64,000 nucleotides of DNA from Chiloscyllium plagiosum (Eukaryota), in assembly GCF_004010195.1 (NCBI RefSeq), contig NC_057753.1, forward strand, positions 6,375,277 through 6,439,276, given 5' to 3'. Made by a program: the position numbers and the translations under genes. Positions 52,742 to 64,000 of this stretch are shown here, piece after piece (position 1 is the first letter of the stretch; each line of letters starts with the position of its first letter). Under the pieces are notes generated by a model, which was given only the letters and a program-made list of their open reading frames with translations, was not told the origin of the DNA and did not search any database.

Positions 52742-53628
52742 TCAATTCAGTAGCAATACTGATCCTGTCCCGGGGCAAGTGTGGACTCTCTCCTTGCACT
52801 ACTCGCTATCTTGTGGCCATGGCAATGGCGGATCTTCTGACAATCATCACTGAAGTCATACTCCATCGGATCACCTACTTTTATTTTCCATTATACTTCC
52901 TCAGAATCACCCCTGTGTGCAGTGCTGGCTATGTTCTCATACGTATAGCAATAGACTGTTCTGTTTGGTTCACAGTCACCTTCACTTTTGATCGATTTGT
53001 TGCCATTTGTTGCCAAAAGCTAAAATTAAAATATTGCAGCAAGAAAACTGCAGCCGTGGTCTTATCAACCACTGGGATTGTGTTCTGTTTAAAAAACATT
53101 CCCATCTATTTTAGATTTAAACCGATAAGTATAATTGACAATGTTCCAATTGCGTGTTCAAATAAGCCAAGCTACTTTACTGACCCTAGATGGATCGGAT
53201 TTAGAATGTTTGAAAAGGCTTTATCGCCATTGATGCCATTCGGATTAATTCTCTTGCTGAATGGCCTTACAGTAAGACATATTTTAATGGCCAGTCGGGT
53301 CCGTCAGGGCCTGAGAGGACAAAGCAAGGGAGAGAATCAGAGTGACCCAGAGATGGAGAGTAGAAGGAAGTCTATGATTTTACTCTTCTCCATTTCAGGC
53401 AGCTTTATACTTCTATGGTTTGTATACATGTTATTTTTTTTTGAAGTAGAAGAGTAGTTGGATGAAGATGCTGCTCATGTTTTTGAAAAAGTCTCTTACA
53501 TGCTGCGGAATATGAGCTGCTGTACAAACACATTTATATATTTGGCAACACAGTCCAAGTTCCGAGAGCAGTTGAAGCGTGCTATGCTATATCCAGTTAA
53601 GTCAACTATTAAACGATATATTAAATGA
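52742..53628 (+). pseudogene. Exon 2 of GPR139-like copy C with one in-frame TAG (53455-53457) between TM6 and TM7
   Basis: Acceptor ttccatctttccacaacgtAG|TC AAT gives (V)NSVAILILSRGKCGLSPCTTRYLVAMA...FTFDRFVAICC. After the TAG the same frame continues LDEDAAHVFEKVSYMLRNMSCCTNTFIYLATQSKFREQLK to TGA at 53626-53628. Confidence 0.85.
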
Positions 53629-54031
53629 ATGTACGATGAATATCCAGAATGTCTACAGATAAGGATCGATTTGGCTTGCAGAGGATCCGCTGCAAAATGG
53701 TACTGGAGTGGGAATTCAGCTATCCTGCTTGCCAGAGGAAAGAGATGCCAGAGGAAAGAGATATCAGAGAGCATGAATATTGGACAAAAATCAGAAGAAA
53801 TTGACAGATACATCATAGAATCATGTCATTGCAACAAGTGGAATAATCATTTTGGAGAATTCTGAGTAGGACAGAAGCAAGAGAAAATTCTCCATGAAAG
53901 CTAGCTAAAAGATATGTGGACATTTGCAGATGGACCGCAAGGATAGTGAGAGGTGACCGTGATGTATCAGACTAACAGTAGAAGTCAGGCAAATAAATTT
54001 GAAAGATCACGGGCCTAACATTGGCTTTCGG

Positions 54032-54896
54032 GGGAGGGGTTGGTGACGATTCGCCATGGCAGATTTGCTGCCGATGATTAGCCACTGCCAGTTCGTCAGC
54101 AGCGTTTCTCCGCTGGGATCGTTTGACCTCTGGAGACTATTTGCCACCAGAAATATATATATGTACTGATTGTTTTCCCTCCCGCCTTTCTTTCAACTTT
54201 TCAGTCCCCTTTGTTTATGCAACTACATACTACATATTGATATAAAAAGAGGTAAAATAAATATCATTTTATTGGTTTATATATAAAAATGAGTTACAAA
54301 CTTTAAAAAAACAAAGGAAATATATTTTAAAAGCTTTGTAATGGCAGTAAAATCTCACATTAATATTAAATGAAATTTCAGTTCATTTGATAGTTATGCA
54401 CTATTCCTCTAAGATATTCCAAACAATTTCTTTCGCCGTATTCAAGAACAACATTTTAAAAATTCTATCGTCTGCGTCTCGATAATTTTTTTTCCGTTAT
54501 TTGTGGTGGCCCCTTTGCTCACATCGCCAAAACTTAATACTTGAATCACTCTTGAATAGTTTATCAAAAATATATATAAAATCATCGTGGTAAAACTTCT
54601 TATTTCCACGTTTATCAATAATTTCTGTTTCCCTACTAAAAATTCCTGTTCCAAAAATACAAGCTTAAAAAAAACACTCTCCAGTAACGAAAATAAGTTG
54701 TTACTGAAACAACGCCAGCACTACCTTAACCAATATAACGACAATTTTTTGTACGACTAATATTCAAAATATACGACTTACTTGCGGTGGCGAATCGTCT
54801 TCAGTTGCCAATGGGCGGTAGCTAAGCGTCCTCGGTGGTCAAAGGGCAGTGGCCAATCGTTGGCGGCGAATCTGCTGTGGCGAACGGCCCCATCCC
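54032..54896 (-). mobile_element. MULE (Mutator-like) DNA transposon relic with terminal inverted repeats
   Basis: 40-bp inverted repeats at 54050-54089 and 54845-54884 (33/40 matching). Minus strand 54500-54378 reads KNYRDADDRI/NVVLEYGERNCLEYLRGIVHNYQMN*, resembling the C-terminus of animal MULE transposases. Confidence 0.65.
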
Positions 54897-56040
54897 GTCG
54901 GGGAACAGATTAGAAAGCGATGTTGTCCACAACACAGTCCTCTTTCTATTCTAACCTCCTCACCTATTCTCACAGAGAGAAGGAAAACAAATGACTTTCA
55001 AATAGCAAAACTCATGAAATGATGGACAATATATTGATTGTTAGTAATATTAGCACTTTTACTGCTCATAATCAGTGAGAGTAATACATATTTTTTACAT
55101 CCCCGTTCTAGTTCTCTGACGTAACAGCTCTCTTCTGTCTCACTTTCTTTCTTCGCCTCCCACCACCCGATTTAAGACTGAGGAGAGACATGGGTTTCAC
55201 TGTGTCAAGTCTGTTCAAGCAGAGACCACGCTCTCCTGTGGAGAGACGTGATGAAATTAGATAACCGGCGGTGTAATAGTTGGTCACACGTTTGTCAACA
55301 GGACGTGAAAATCTTTTAGGAGACTTTTTTTTTTAATCCATTCCTAAATGACACTGACTAATTGCTTGGAAAGTGCCTTCAGATTATTCTCTCTTTTCAG
55401 CCTGTTCATTCCACACTTCTCCCTGTCCAATCGGTCACCTACCTCATTTCACTTTCATGCTGTTCTATTTCTATTTCTCATTTTGGACGTTTGTTGGCCG
55501 CTCTTAAATGGCCAGACTGTTTCTTCATATCGTTACTCAGTTACTCACTGTGCTAAGGTCCTGTTTTAAAGCTTGTTGAACTTAATATTTTCGAATTGCG
55601 TTGCACCTTCTGCACTTTCCCTGCAACACACCATCTCTCTTATTGTTCTCTCTGCTCTTTCGCCCCCGTCACATTTGTCTCCCGTGTGTTCCATTGCATG
55701 AAACTACTAATGTGGTATTCCTTCTTTCCACCTTTCTGTCTTCATAGTTATCCCTTCCATCAGAATTCAAAACCAAAATGGAAACCTTGCCTCTAAGCCA
55801 CACTGTGAATGAAACTTTATTGCAAATCAAATGCAAATTTAAATTGCACCTACCCATAGGTGAATGCTGACCTTGAACATGTGCACAGTCCAACAGTAAC
55901 ACGATCTGGTAATCTGATAACCTAACAGTCAGAATGACCATTACCAAAATCACAATCCACAAGCTACTCAAACCTAATTACTTCTTCTACGTCATAGCCT
56001 AGACGTAAACAGGATTTGTATAATCATAATCTGAAACAAA

Positions 56041-59000
56041 AACATATAACATAGAAAGGTATAGCACAGAACAGGCCCTTCGGCCGACGATGTTGTGCCG
56101 AGGATTAATCCTAATGTAAAATAAAGTAACAGTCCTATGCACCCCTCAATTCACCGCTGTCGATGTGCACGTCCAGCTCTCACTTAAATGTCCCTAATGA
56201 CTCTGCTAACAACATCACTGCTGGCAACGCATTTCATGAATTCAGAACTCTCTGTGTTAAGAACCTGCCTCTGACGTCGCCTCCATATCTTTCCCCTCAT
56301 ATCTTAAAATGATTACCTCTCGTGCCAGTCAATCCTGCCCTGGAAAAAAGTCTCTGATTAGTAACTGTATTCATGCCTCTCATTAACTTGTACACCTCGA
56401 TCAGGTCACCTCTCTTCCTCCTTCTCTCCAGACTGAAAAGTCCGAGCTTAGTAAACCTCTCTCCATACGAGAAGCCCTCCAGCCCAGGCAGCATTCTGGT
56501 AAACCTTCTTTGCACCCTCTTTTAAAGCCACTGCATCTTTTACATAGTAGGGCAACCAGAACTGGATACAATATTCCAAATGTGGTCTCACCATGGACTT
56601 GTAGAGCTGCAGCAAAACCTCGCGACTCTTAAAATCAATCTCGCATTAATGACAGCCAAAACAACATATGCTTTTTTTTTAACAACCGTCTCAACGTCGG
56701 TGGCAACTTTAAGGGATCTATGCACTTGAGCATCAAGATCCCTCTGTTGCTCCACACTACCCAGAATGCTGCCTTTAATCCTATATTCAGCATTCAAGTT
56801 CGACATTTCAAAATGCTTCACTTCGCATTTACCCAGGTTGGACTACACCTGTCATTTCTTGCATTCTGTCTATGATGTGCTGCAGCTTTCAATAGCTCTC
56901 GGTACTATCAAAAGCACCTCCAACCTTTGTGGCATCGGCAAATGTACTCACCCATCCTCATTCTCCTCATTCAAGTCAATTATAAGAGTACAAAGAGCAG
57001 AGACCCAAGAACACAGCACTGCGGAACTCGAGGCAACACTGACTTCCAGGCAGAATACTTATCATCTAAAACCACTCTCTGCCTTCTGACAGGCAACCAA
57101 TTGTGAATCCAGTTAGCCAAATCTCCCTGTATCCCAAACCTCCTGATGTTATGAATGAGCCTACCATGGGGAACGTTATCGAATGCCTTGCTGAAGTCCA
57201 GATACACCAGATCCACTGCTTGAACTTCATCGACATGTCTTGTCACCTCCTCAAACAACTCAGTAAGGTTAGTGAGACCTGACCTTCCCCTCACAAAGCC
57301 ATGCTGACTGCTTTTAAACATGCTATGCTCTTTCAAATAGTCATAAATCCTATCACTCGGAATAATTTCCAAAACCTTGCTGACCACAGACGTATGACTG
57401 ACTAGCCTGTAATTGCCAGGGATTTCAACCTATCAACATTCTCGAAAAGAGGAACAACATTAACCTCCTTCCAATCCTCCGGTACGGTTCACATGGACAG
57501 TGAGGAAGCAAAGATCTTCGCCAGCGGATCAGCAACCACCTTTCTCGCTTCCCGGAGCAAATTAGGATAAATATGGTCTGGCCCTGGGAACTTACCAATC
57601 TTAATGTTTGTCAAAATTTCCAGCACATCAACTTCATCAATCTTGATCTGCTCAATCCTGTCTCCCAGCTCCTCAAAGTTCTCATTTACAACAACTTACC
57701 TTTCCTTCGCAAAGAACTCATTTCAGGCTTCCCCTATCTTTTAAGCTTGTAAGCACAATTTCCCTACGCTATCCTTGATCGGCCCTTCCTTCTCCCTGAT
57801 CATTCTCCTATTCCTCACGTATGAGTAAAACGCGTTTGGGTTCTCCCTAATCCTTCCTGCCAAGACTTTTTCGTGACACTTCCTGGACCTCCTCTTTCCA
57901 TTTCTGAGCTCCATTCTAGTAAGCCTGCAATCCTCTAAAGCTGTGCTCGATCTTTGCTTCCTCTACCTTATGTCGGCTGCGTTCTTCTTTTTGACGAGAA
58001 GCTACTCTGTTCTCATCATCCAAGGCTCCTTAATCATGCCCCGTTTAACTGCCTCAGAGAAGCAAATTCGTGCATCACTCGCAACAAATGCTCCTTGAAC
58101 AGTCTCCACAAATCTGCTGTGCTCTTTCGGTTGAACAATTGCTCCGAGTCCTTGCTTCCCAACTCCGGTCTGACAGCGTCGTAATTTTCTTTTCCCCACT
58201 TAAATATCTTCCCGCGGTAACTGCTCCTTCCCCTCTCTAAGGCTATGGTAAAGTGAAGCAGTTGTGGTCACTGTCACCAAAGTGTTCTCCCCTCGTGAGA
58301 TCTGACACCTGTCCTGGCTCATTGCCGAGCACCAAATTCAAAATACCCTTTTCCCCCCGCTGGTCTGTCTACATACTGTGTAAGGAAATTCTCCTGAACA
58401 CACTTGACAAAAACGGCTCTATCCAAACCATCTGCACTAAGGTGTCTCCAGTCGATATTGGGAATGTTGACGTCACGCACACCAACAACCCTGATACATC
58501 TGCATTTTTCCAAACTCTTCTGGCTTTCGTGTTCTTCAATCTTTCTACTGCCATTACTGGGTCTGTAGAAACCCCCAATGAGGTGGCTGATCCCTTGCTC
58601 TTCCTAACTCCCACCCATACTGACTCAGGAGGCAAACCTTCCTCAAAAATCTTCATTTCTGTAACTGTGGTGCACTCTCTGGTTAGCAATGCTACAACCC
58701 CTTGTCTTTTTCCAACCTCCATGTTATTTTTAAAAGTTCTAAACCCTGGAACATCTAGCAACCATTCCTGCCCCTGCAAAACACACATCTCCGTTAAGGC
58801 CACAACATTATAGTCTCAAACCTGATTCATGCACGAAGTTAATCACTCTTATTTCTGACACTCATTGCGTTAAAGCAGACACACTTTAACCGATTCCTTT
58901 GTTTCATCACATGAGAAAACTTCCCGATGGATTCTTCGCATCCTGTCACTGCCACATCTGCAACTACCCCCTCTCAGCTAAGTAGCTCTGATACATACCC

Positions 59001-59190
59001 CCTTGCCAAACCAGTTTAAACCCTCGAACCACACGAGCAAATCCCACAAACAGGACATTTGTGCCCTTCCAGTTCAGCTGCAACCCGTCCTTCATGTACA
59101 GGTCCCACCCTTCCCCAGAAGTCATCCCAATGGTATAGGTATCTGATTCCATCCGTCCTGTACCAGCCTCGCAGCCACGTGCCATGGTGC
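56041..59190 (-). mobile_element. Long CR1 LINE (ORF1 esterase end, APE endonuclease, RT, 3' UTR)
   Basis: LYMKDGLQLNWKGTNVL (ORF1), MALTEM..QGQEWLLDVPGF, NFLTQYVDRP, YLDFSKAFDNVPH, RRFTRMLPGL; tail AACATATAACATAGAA on the plus strand. Confidence 0.92.
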
Positions 59191-59461
59191 ATTCTCTGAC
59201 TCACGCAAAATTCGCAACAAACAAGAAAACAGATTGCAACGCCAAGCGACACTTTAGCCATAAAAGCATTTAAAATGAGTAGGCTCGATGGCTGAATATC
59301 TCACTCATTTTCCATTGTTGTTCGTTTCCGATGTATTCAGAAACACAGCCTAACTGTTGTCAAATGGCATATATGATCTCTAATCCCAAAATTAAGGCTA
59401 AACCCATTGTAACATAGTGCGTCAACAAACAAGACATTCTGCACATTATTTACAACAGCGA

Positions 59462-62011
59462 GTTTTGAGAAGATTTGTAGCTGAGGTTGAGGTTTTGGAT
59501 TTAGGTTTGCTCACTGAGCTGCAAGGTTAATTTCCTAGTGGTTTCGTTACCCCACTAGGTAGCATCCTCAGTGTGCCTCAGGCGAAGCAATGCTGAAAAT
59601 TCCTGCTTTCTCTTCATATGCTTGGATATCTTCGGGTTGGTGATGTCATTTTCTCAGTGAGTGGTAAATGGAGTCTAAATCGATGTGTTTGTTGATTGAA
59701 TTCCTGTTGGAATGCCATGCTTCTACGAATTCTCGTGCGTGTCTTTGTTTGGCTTGTCCGAGGATGGATGTGTTGTCCTAGTCGAAATGGTGTCCTTCCT
59801 CATCCGTATGTGAGGATACTAGTGGGAGAGGATCTAGCCTTTTTGTGGCCTTTTGGTGTTCATGTATCCTGGTGGCTAGTTGTCTGCTGTTTGTCCAATG
59901 TAGCGTTTGTTACAGCCATTGCACAGTATTTTGTAAATGACACAATAAATAGTAAAATTACCTGACCGACCCTTAACAGACACTGAGAAAACCGTCTTTG
60001 TAAGAGGCTTAAATTACAACTGCCAGGATGTGGATGAGAAAGATTTCTTAGCAGAATTAGACACAACACTAAAAGACAACCAACTTACATAAGAAACCCA
60101 GCAAACCATCAGACAGGTAGTGGCACCAACATTAAGCAGCAAAAAGGAAGAAAACACTCTTAATGCAAAAGAAAGGAAGGCACTAGAAAGACTAAAGAAA
60201 GATAAAATCATTGTTATCTTACCTTCAGACAAAGAACGTTTGACAGTCATTCTAAATCGGAGAGGCTACATTGAAAAAGTCAATGCACTAATACAGATAC
60301 CAACACGTACTAACAGATGGCGATAGACCCGGCCCCACAACTAGAGAACCAAATCACAGCCCTACTCAAAAACATCAGAAATCTGCAGAAATAAGTAAGA
60401 CCGACTTCCAAAAGAATGAAACCAAACGGATCCAACATTCCACGCTTCTACGGAATACCATAAATTCACAAACCAGGAACCCCCCACAGACCCATAGTCT
60501 CACGACCTGGAAACACCAACTTACAGATTGGCCAAGGAGCTACACCAAAGTCTAAAACACTTAGTACAAGTCTCACGCCAATCCACAAAAGAATTCCTGA
60601 AGACCATCAAAGACGCTAAGATAGAAGAGTAAGAAATAATGGTCTCCTTTGATGTAACAGCCTTGCCAACATCAATCAACATTAACCTGGCCAAGGAAAC
60701 ACTGGCTACACTATTAGAAGACCCAATAACGCATATACCAACCACCACTAACTACATCCACAAGGACAGTGTCATCAAGCTAGTGGACCTACACGTAATC
60801 GCACATTTCAACTTCAACAACAAAACCTACAGACAATCCAACGGAACACCCACTGGATCTCCGCTATCAGGGTCCTTAGCAGAGGCAGTAATGCAGCAAC
60901 TTGAACAAACCACTCTGCCAACCATCCAACACAAACTTTGGGTCCGCTCCGTGGATGACACCTTTGTCATCACTAAACGAAACAAATTAGGGGAAACTTT
61001 TAAGACCATTAATAATATCCTTACTGGCATAACATTCACTAAAGAGGAGGGAAACAACAACATACTGATATTGCTACAAGTCACAGTAGAGGGAACAGCT
61101 AATGGGGATCTTCAAACCAGCGTCTACAGGAAAAAACACATACGGATTAAATATTGAACTACAGAAGCAACCATCCTAACACCGACAAACGAAGCGGCAT
61201 CAGAACATTACTTCAACGAGCCATCACACACTGCAGCACAGAATAACTACGCAGAGCAGAGACAGATCATCCATACCATGTATTCAAAAAAGAATGGGTA
61301 TGCAATGAACACAGACCGTTGATTTTTCAGCAACAAATCCAAACAAGCAGACAAAAACAAGTCCAGAAACCCTAGCCACTCTCCCCTACATCAGAGACAT
61401 CTTGGAAATGACTGCCAGATTACTCAGGCCGCTTGCTATCATGGTAGCCCATAAACACACCAACACACTAAAACAGAAGCTAATAAACTTGAAAGACTCT
61501 ATACAGACAACGTGCAAAACTAAGGTCATTTAGAAAATACGGTGCAAAGACTGTAACAAATACTACATTGGACAAACAGGCAGAAACCTAGCCACCAGGG
61601 TACATGACCAGCAATGTGTCACAAAAAAACATGACCCTTTGTCACTACTATGCTCACATATGGAGGAGGACGGACACCACTTTGACCGTGACAATACATC
61701 TATCCTAGAACAAGACAGACAAAGAGACTCACGAGAATTCCTAGAAGCATGGCATTACAACCAAAACTCTATGAACAAACACATTGAGTTAGACCTCATC
61801 TACCACCTCCGAGGAATGGAACAGGAAGTGGCTTCACCACAGGAAGTAACATCACCACAGGAAATGACATCTCCAACCAAAAGAAACCTAAAGATATAAA
61901 GAGAAAGCAGGAATTTTCAACAGTGATTCGCCTGAGGTCCACTGAAGTTGTTAGCTATTTGGGTAACGAAACGTCTGCAAATAAACCTTGTAGCTCAGCG
62001 AGCAAACCTAC
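59462..62011 (+). mobile_element. Penelope-like element: inverted 3' segment (about 59462-59942, minus) followed by RT, GIY-YIG and terminal repeat (plus)
   Basis: ILPSDKERLTVILN, RFYGIP*IHKP, MVSFDVTALPTSI, GTPTGSPLSG, WVRSVDDTF, I*KIRCKDCNKYYIGQTGR; degenerate HHR motifs at about 59535-59575 (minus) and 61939-61978 (plus). Confidence 0.9.
61821..61874 (+). repeat. Three 18-bp tandem units in Penelope 3' region
   Basis: ACAGGAAGTGGCTTCACC, ACAGGAAGTAACATCACC, ACAGGAAATGACATCTCC. Confidence 0.9.
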
Positions 62012-64000
62012 ATGCAATATTATTCACAATAAAAGAATACGTTGGTATTTATTTGATCCAGTTGGAATAATTCAAAAACGTTCTGCCAATCTAAACTGAA
62101 CCTTATAATCAAGTCATTGCCACTAAACTCAACCTAGTTTTGTCCAGAAAACTAAGACTTAACTAAGTGTAGAAACTAGAGATTGGCTAAAACCAATTTT
62201 ATGTCTATTAAACCTATTAACAATTTGGCTACGAATAAAATACTAACATAAAAAAAAAGCACGATCACAGTTAGGCGGTAGTGTGAGGAAAAAATAACAT
62301 AAGTGTAAAACCCGAAAACAATTTGAATTTCAATCGAATCCCTTTCTTGGTAATAAACCTGAATTTAACAAACAGCGCAATGACATTCTCACCAAAAGCA
62401 AAAGAAAAAAAAATGTACGAAATCTATTTTCATTTCAAATTCGAACTGACAATCCAAACTCAAAACAGTAAAGCAGAGATGGTTACAGCAGGACGCGTTC
62501 AGACTGCCTCTACCCTGATAGTCCATAAGAATCTGACTGCTTTAACATACCAACTTAGTCCCCTCTCGTCTTCTGATTTCTCTTCTCTCTTCTCTCTGTG
62601 AGTTCCTCCCTCCCTCTGAGTCATCTCCACCTTTACTGTAGTTGTTCCCATCTCTGCATCCACTGAGCCTTCTTTCCCCTCAATCTGTAAATCGCGCGAC
62701 CCTCCTTGCACGATGCCGTCAATGCTTTGAATGATGCATAGCGTAAAGCATTCGCAAGTGTATTTGCCCACATTGGCTGATCTCAGCTAACACTGTTCTG
62801 CACTGTCCTTTTCGAAGTGAGCGGAGGTGGGCTTGAAGAGACTGGACTGGGACTGGCGAATAGCAATCAACAGAACTTGGATAAAGGAAGTTGTGCTCCC
62901 TGCAGACCCTGTGATTTGGACTGTCCCATTCTTACTCCAATGGTCCCCATTCTAAGTAGCCTTCTCCCCACTAAAAACTCAAATGTAATGTTTACTGTGG
63001 AAAATTGTCATTGTTAATATTTCACGTACGAACAGCAAAAATCCCAGACAGTGTAGATAGGAAGCTAGGGCTGTTTTGAGTGCGATAGACAGAGCATTAG
63101 TCGTTTTTGATGTGATTTTTCTCAATAGGGGCAAGAAAATGTTGAATGCGACAGGGAAATCACAGAGGGAAGGAGAGATACAGGCTCTGAAACTCAACGA
63201 GTAACTGCCTAGTCTTTCAGAATATATCCATTATGGGCAGTCAGACAACAGTTGTCCCTTGTTTTCTATTGAAATTTGGTCCTGTTGTCCACTTTTAATA
63301 TCAAAGGGAAATGTTCAAAAAATGAGAAGATGTTGGGAATCACTAGGTGACTGCATCCTGTTGTCACTTTTTCTTTCTAAAATAATTAACCTTTGTTTTC
63401 AACAAATTCAGCCTCTCAACTAGGAAATTGATGAAAGGCTAAAGTTTACATACAGGCAGAGGGAGAAATGTCATTTGTAGGGCTGAGGAGACAGGTGTCC
63501 ATTTCAGTCCCTCCCGTAGCTCTTCTGCTGTCCTGACACCAACCTGTCAAACAGAAGCGCTGGTAGAGTCCTGCGACAGGATTACAACGTCATGTGCTCT
63601 CATTCCTTGGGTTTGCACTCGGCCTGTGCTCGTCAATGTGTAAGATTGTGGAAATGGTGATAGAATCGTTGAAGTTTAAAGAAATTTCATTCCTCCCACC
63701 CATTTCCCCAACATCAAGGTCAATTTACTTGAAAGCTATAACTCAGAAGGGAAGTGGAGATAGAGAAAGAGTTGGGGCCGAGAGAGATGCAAAGCGAGAG
63801 GCAGAGAGAGCGAATCATTCTGACACAATCAATCGGTCGGCACGAGCTGAAACAAGGGAAAGAATAGCAATAAACTGCCTGGTCTTATTCTCAGTTATCT
63901 ATAAACATTCTGGTATGAGATGATTGTGTAGTTCATGCTGTCCCTAAAATTTGTCATACGAGGTGCAATTGCAGGAATGGATGGGAACAAAATGTGACAG

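Noticed and set aside
1..64000. CRISPR arrays, operons or other prokaryotic systems
   Set aside because: No repeat-spacer structure; sequence is vertebrate, with introns, SINEs and LINEs.

Overview
Eukaryotic, repeat-rich genomic DNA from a cartilaginous fish, most likely a shark, judged from HE1-type tRNA SINEs, HER1/CR1 LINEs and Penelope families. The host genes are three paralogues of a GPR139/GPR142-like class A GPCR family. Copy A (+, 8128-9035) has an intact large coding exon, but its short exon 1 is not in the window. Copy B (-, exon 1 43012-42946, exon 2 40409-39582) is a decayed pseudogene. Copy C (+, exon 1 48846-48912, exon 2 52742-53628) is complete except for one in-frame TAG. 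B and C are head-to-head and share a 67-nt exon 1 and the same TATA/Inr spacing. The rest is mobile DNA: many CR1 copies, HE1 SINEs, Penelope-like elements with minimal hammerhead-ribozyme (HHR) motifs (including two palindromic double-HHR elements in GPCR introns), a Gmr1-like Gypsy relic, a MULE DNA-transposon relic, a Rex1 fragment and a recent 797-bp direct duplication. Family assignments come from motif recognition by eye, with no database search, and most repeat boundaries are approximate.
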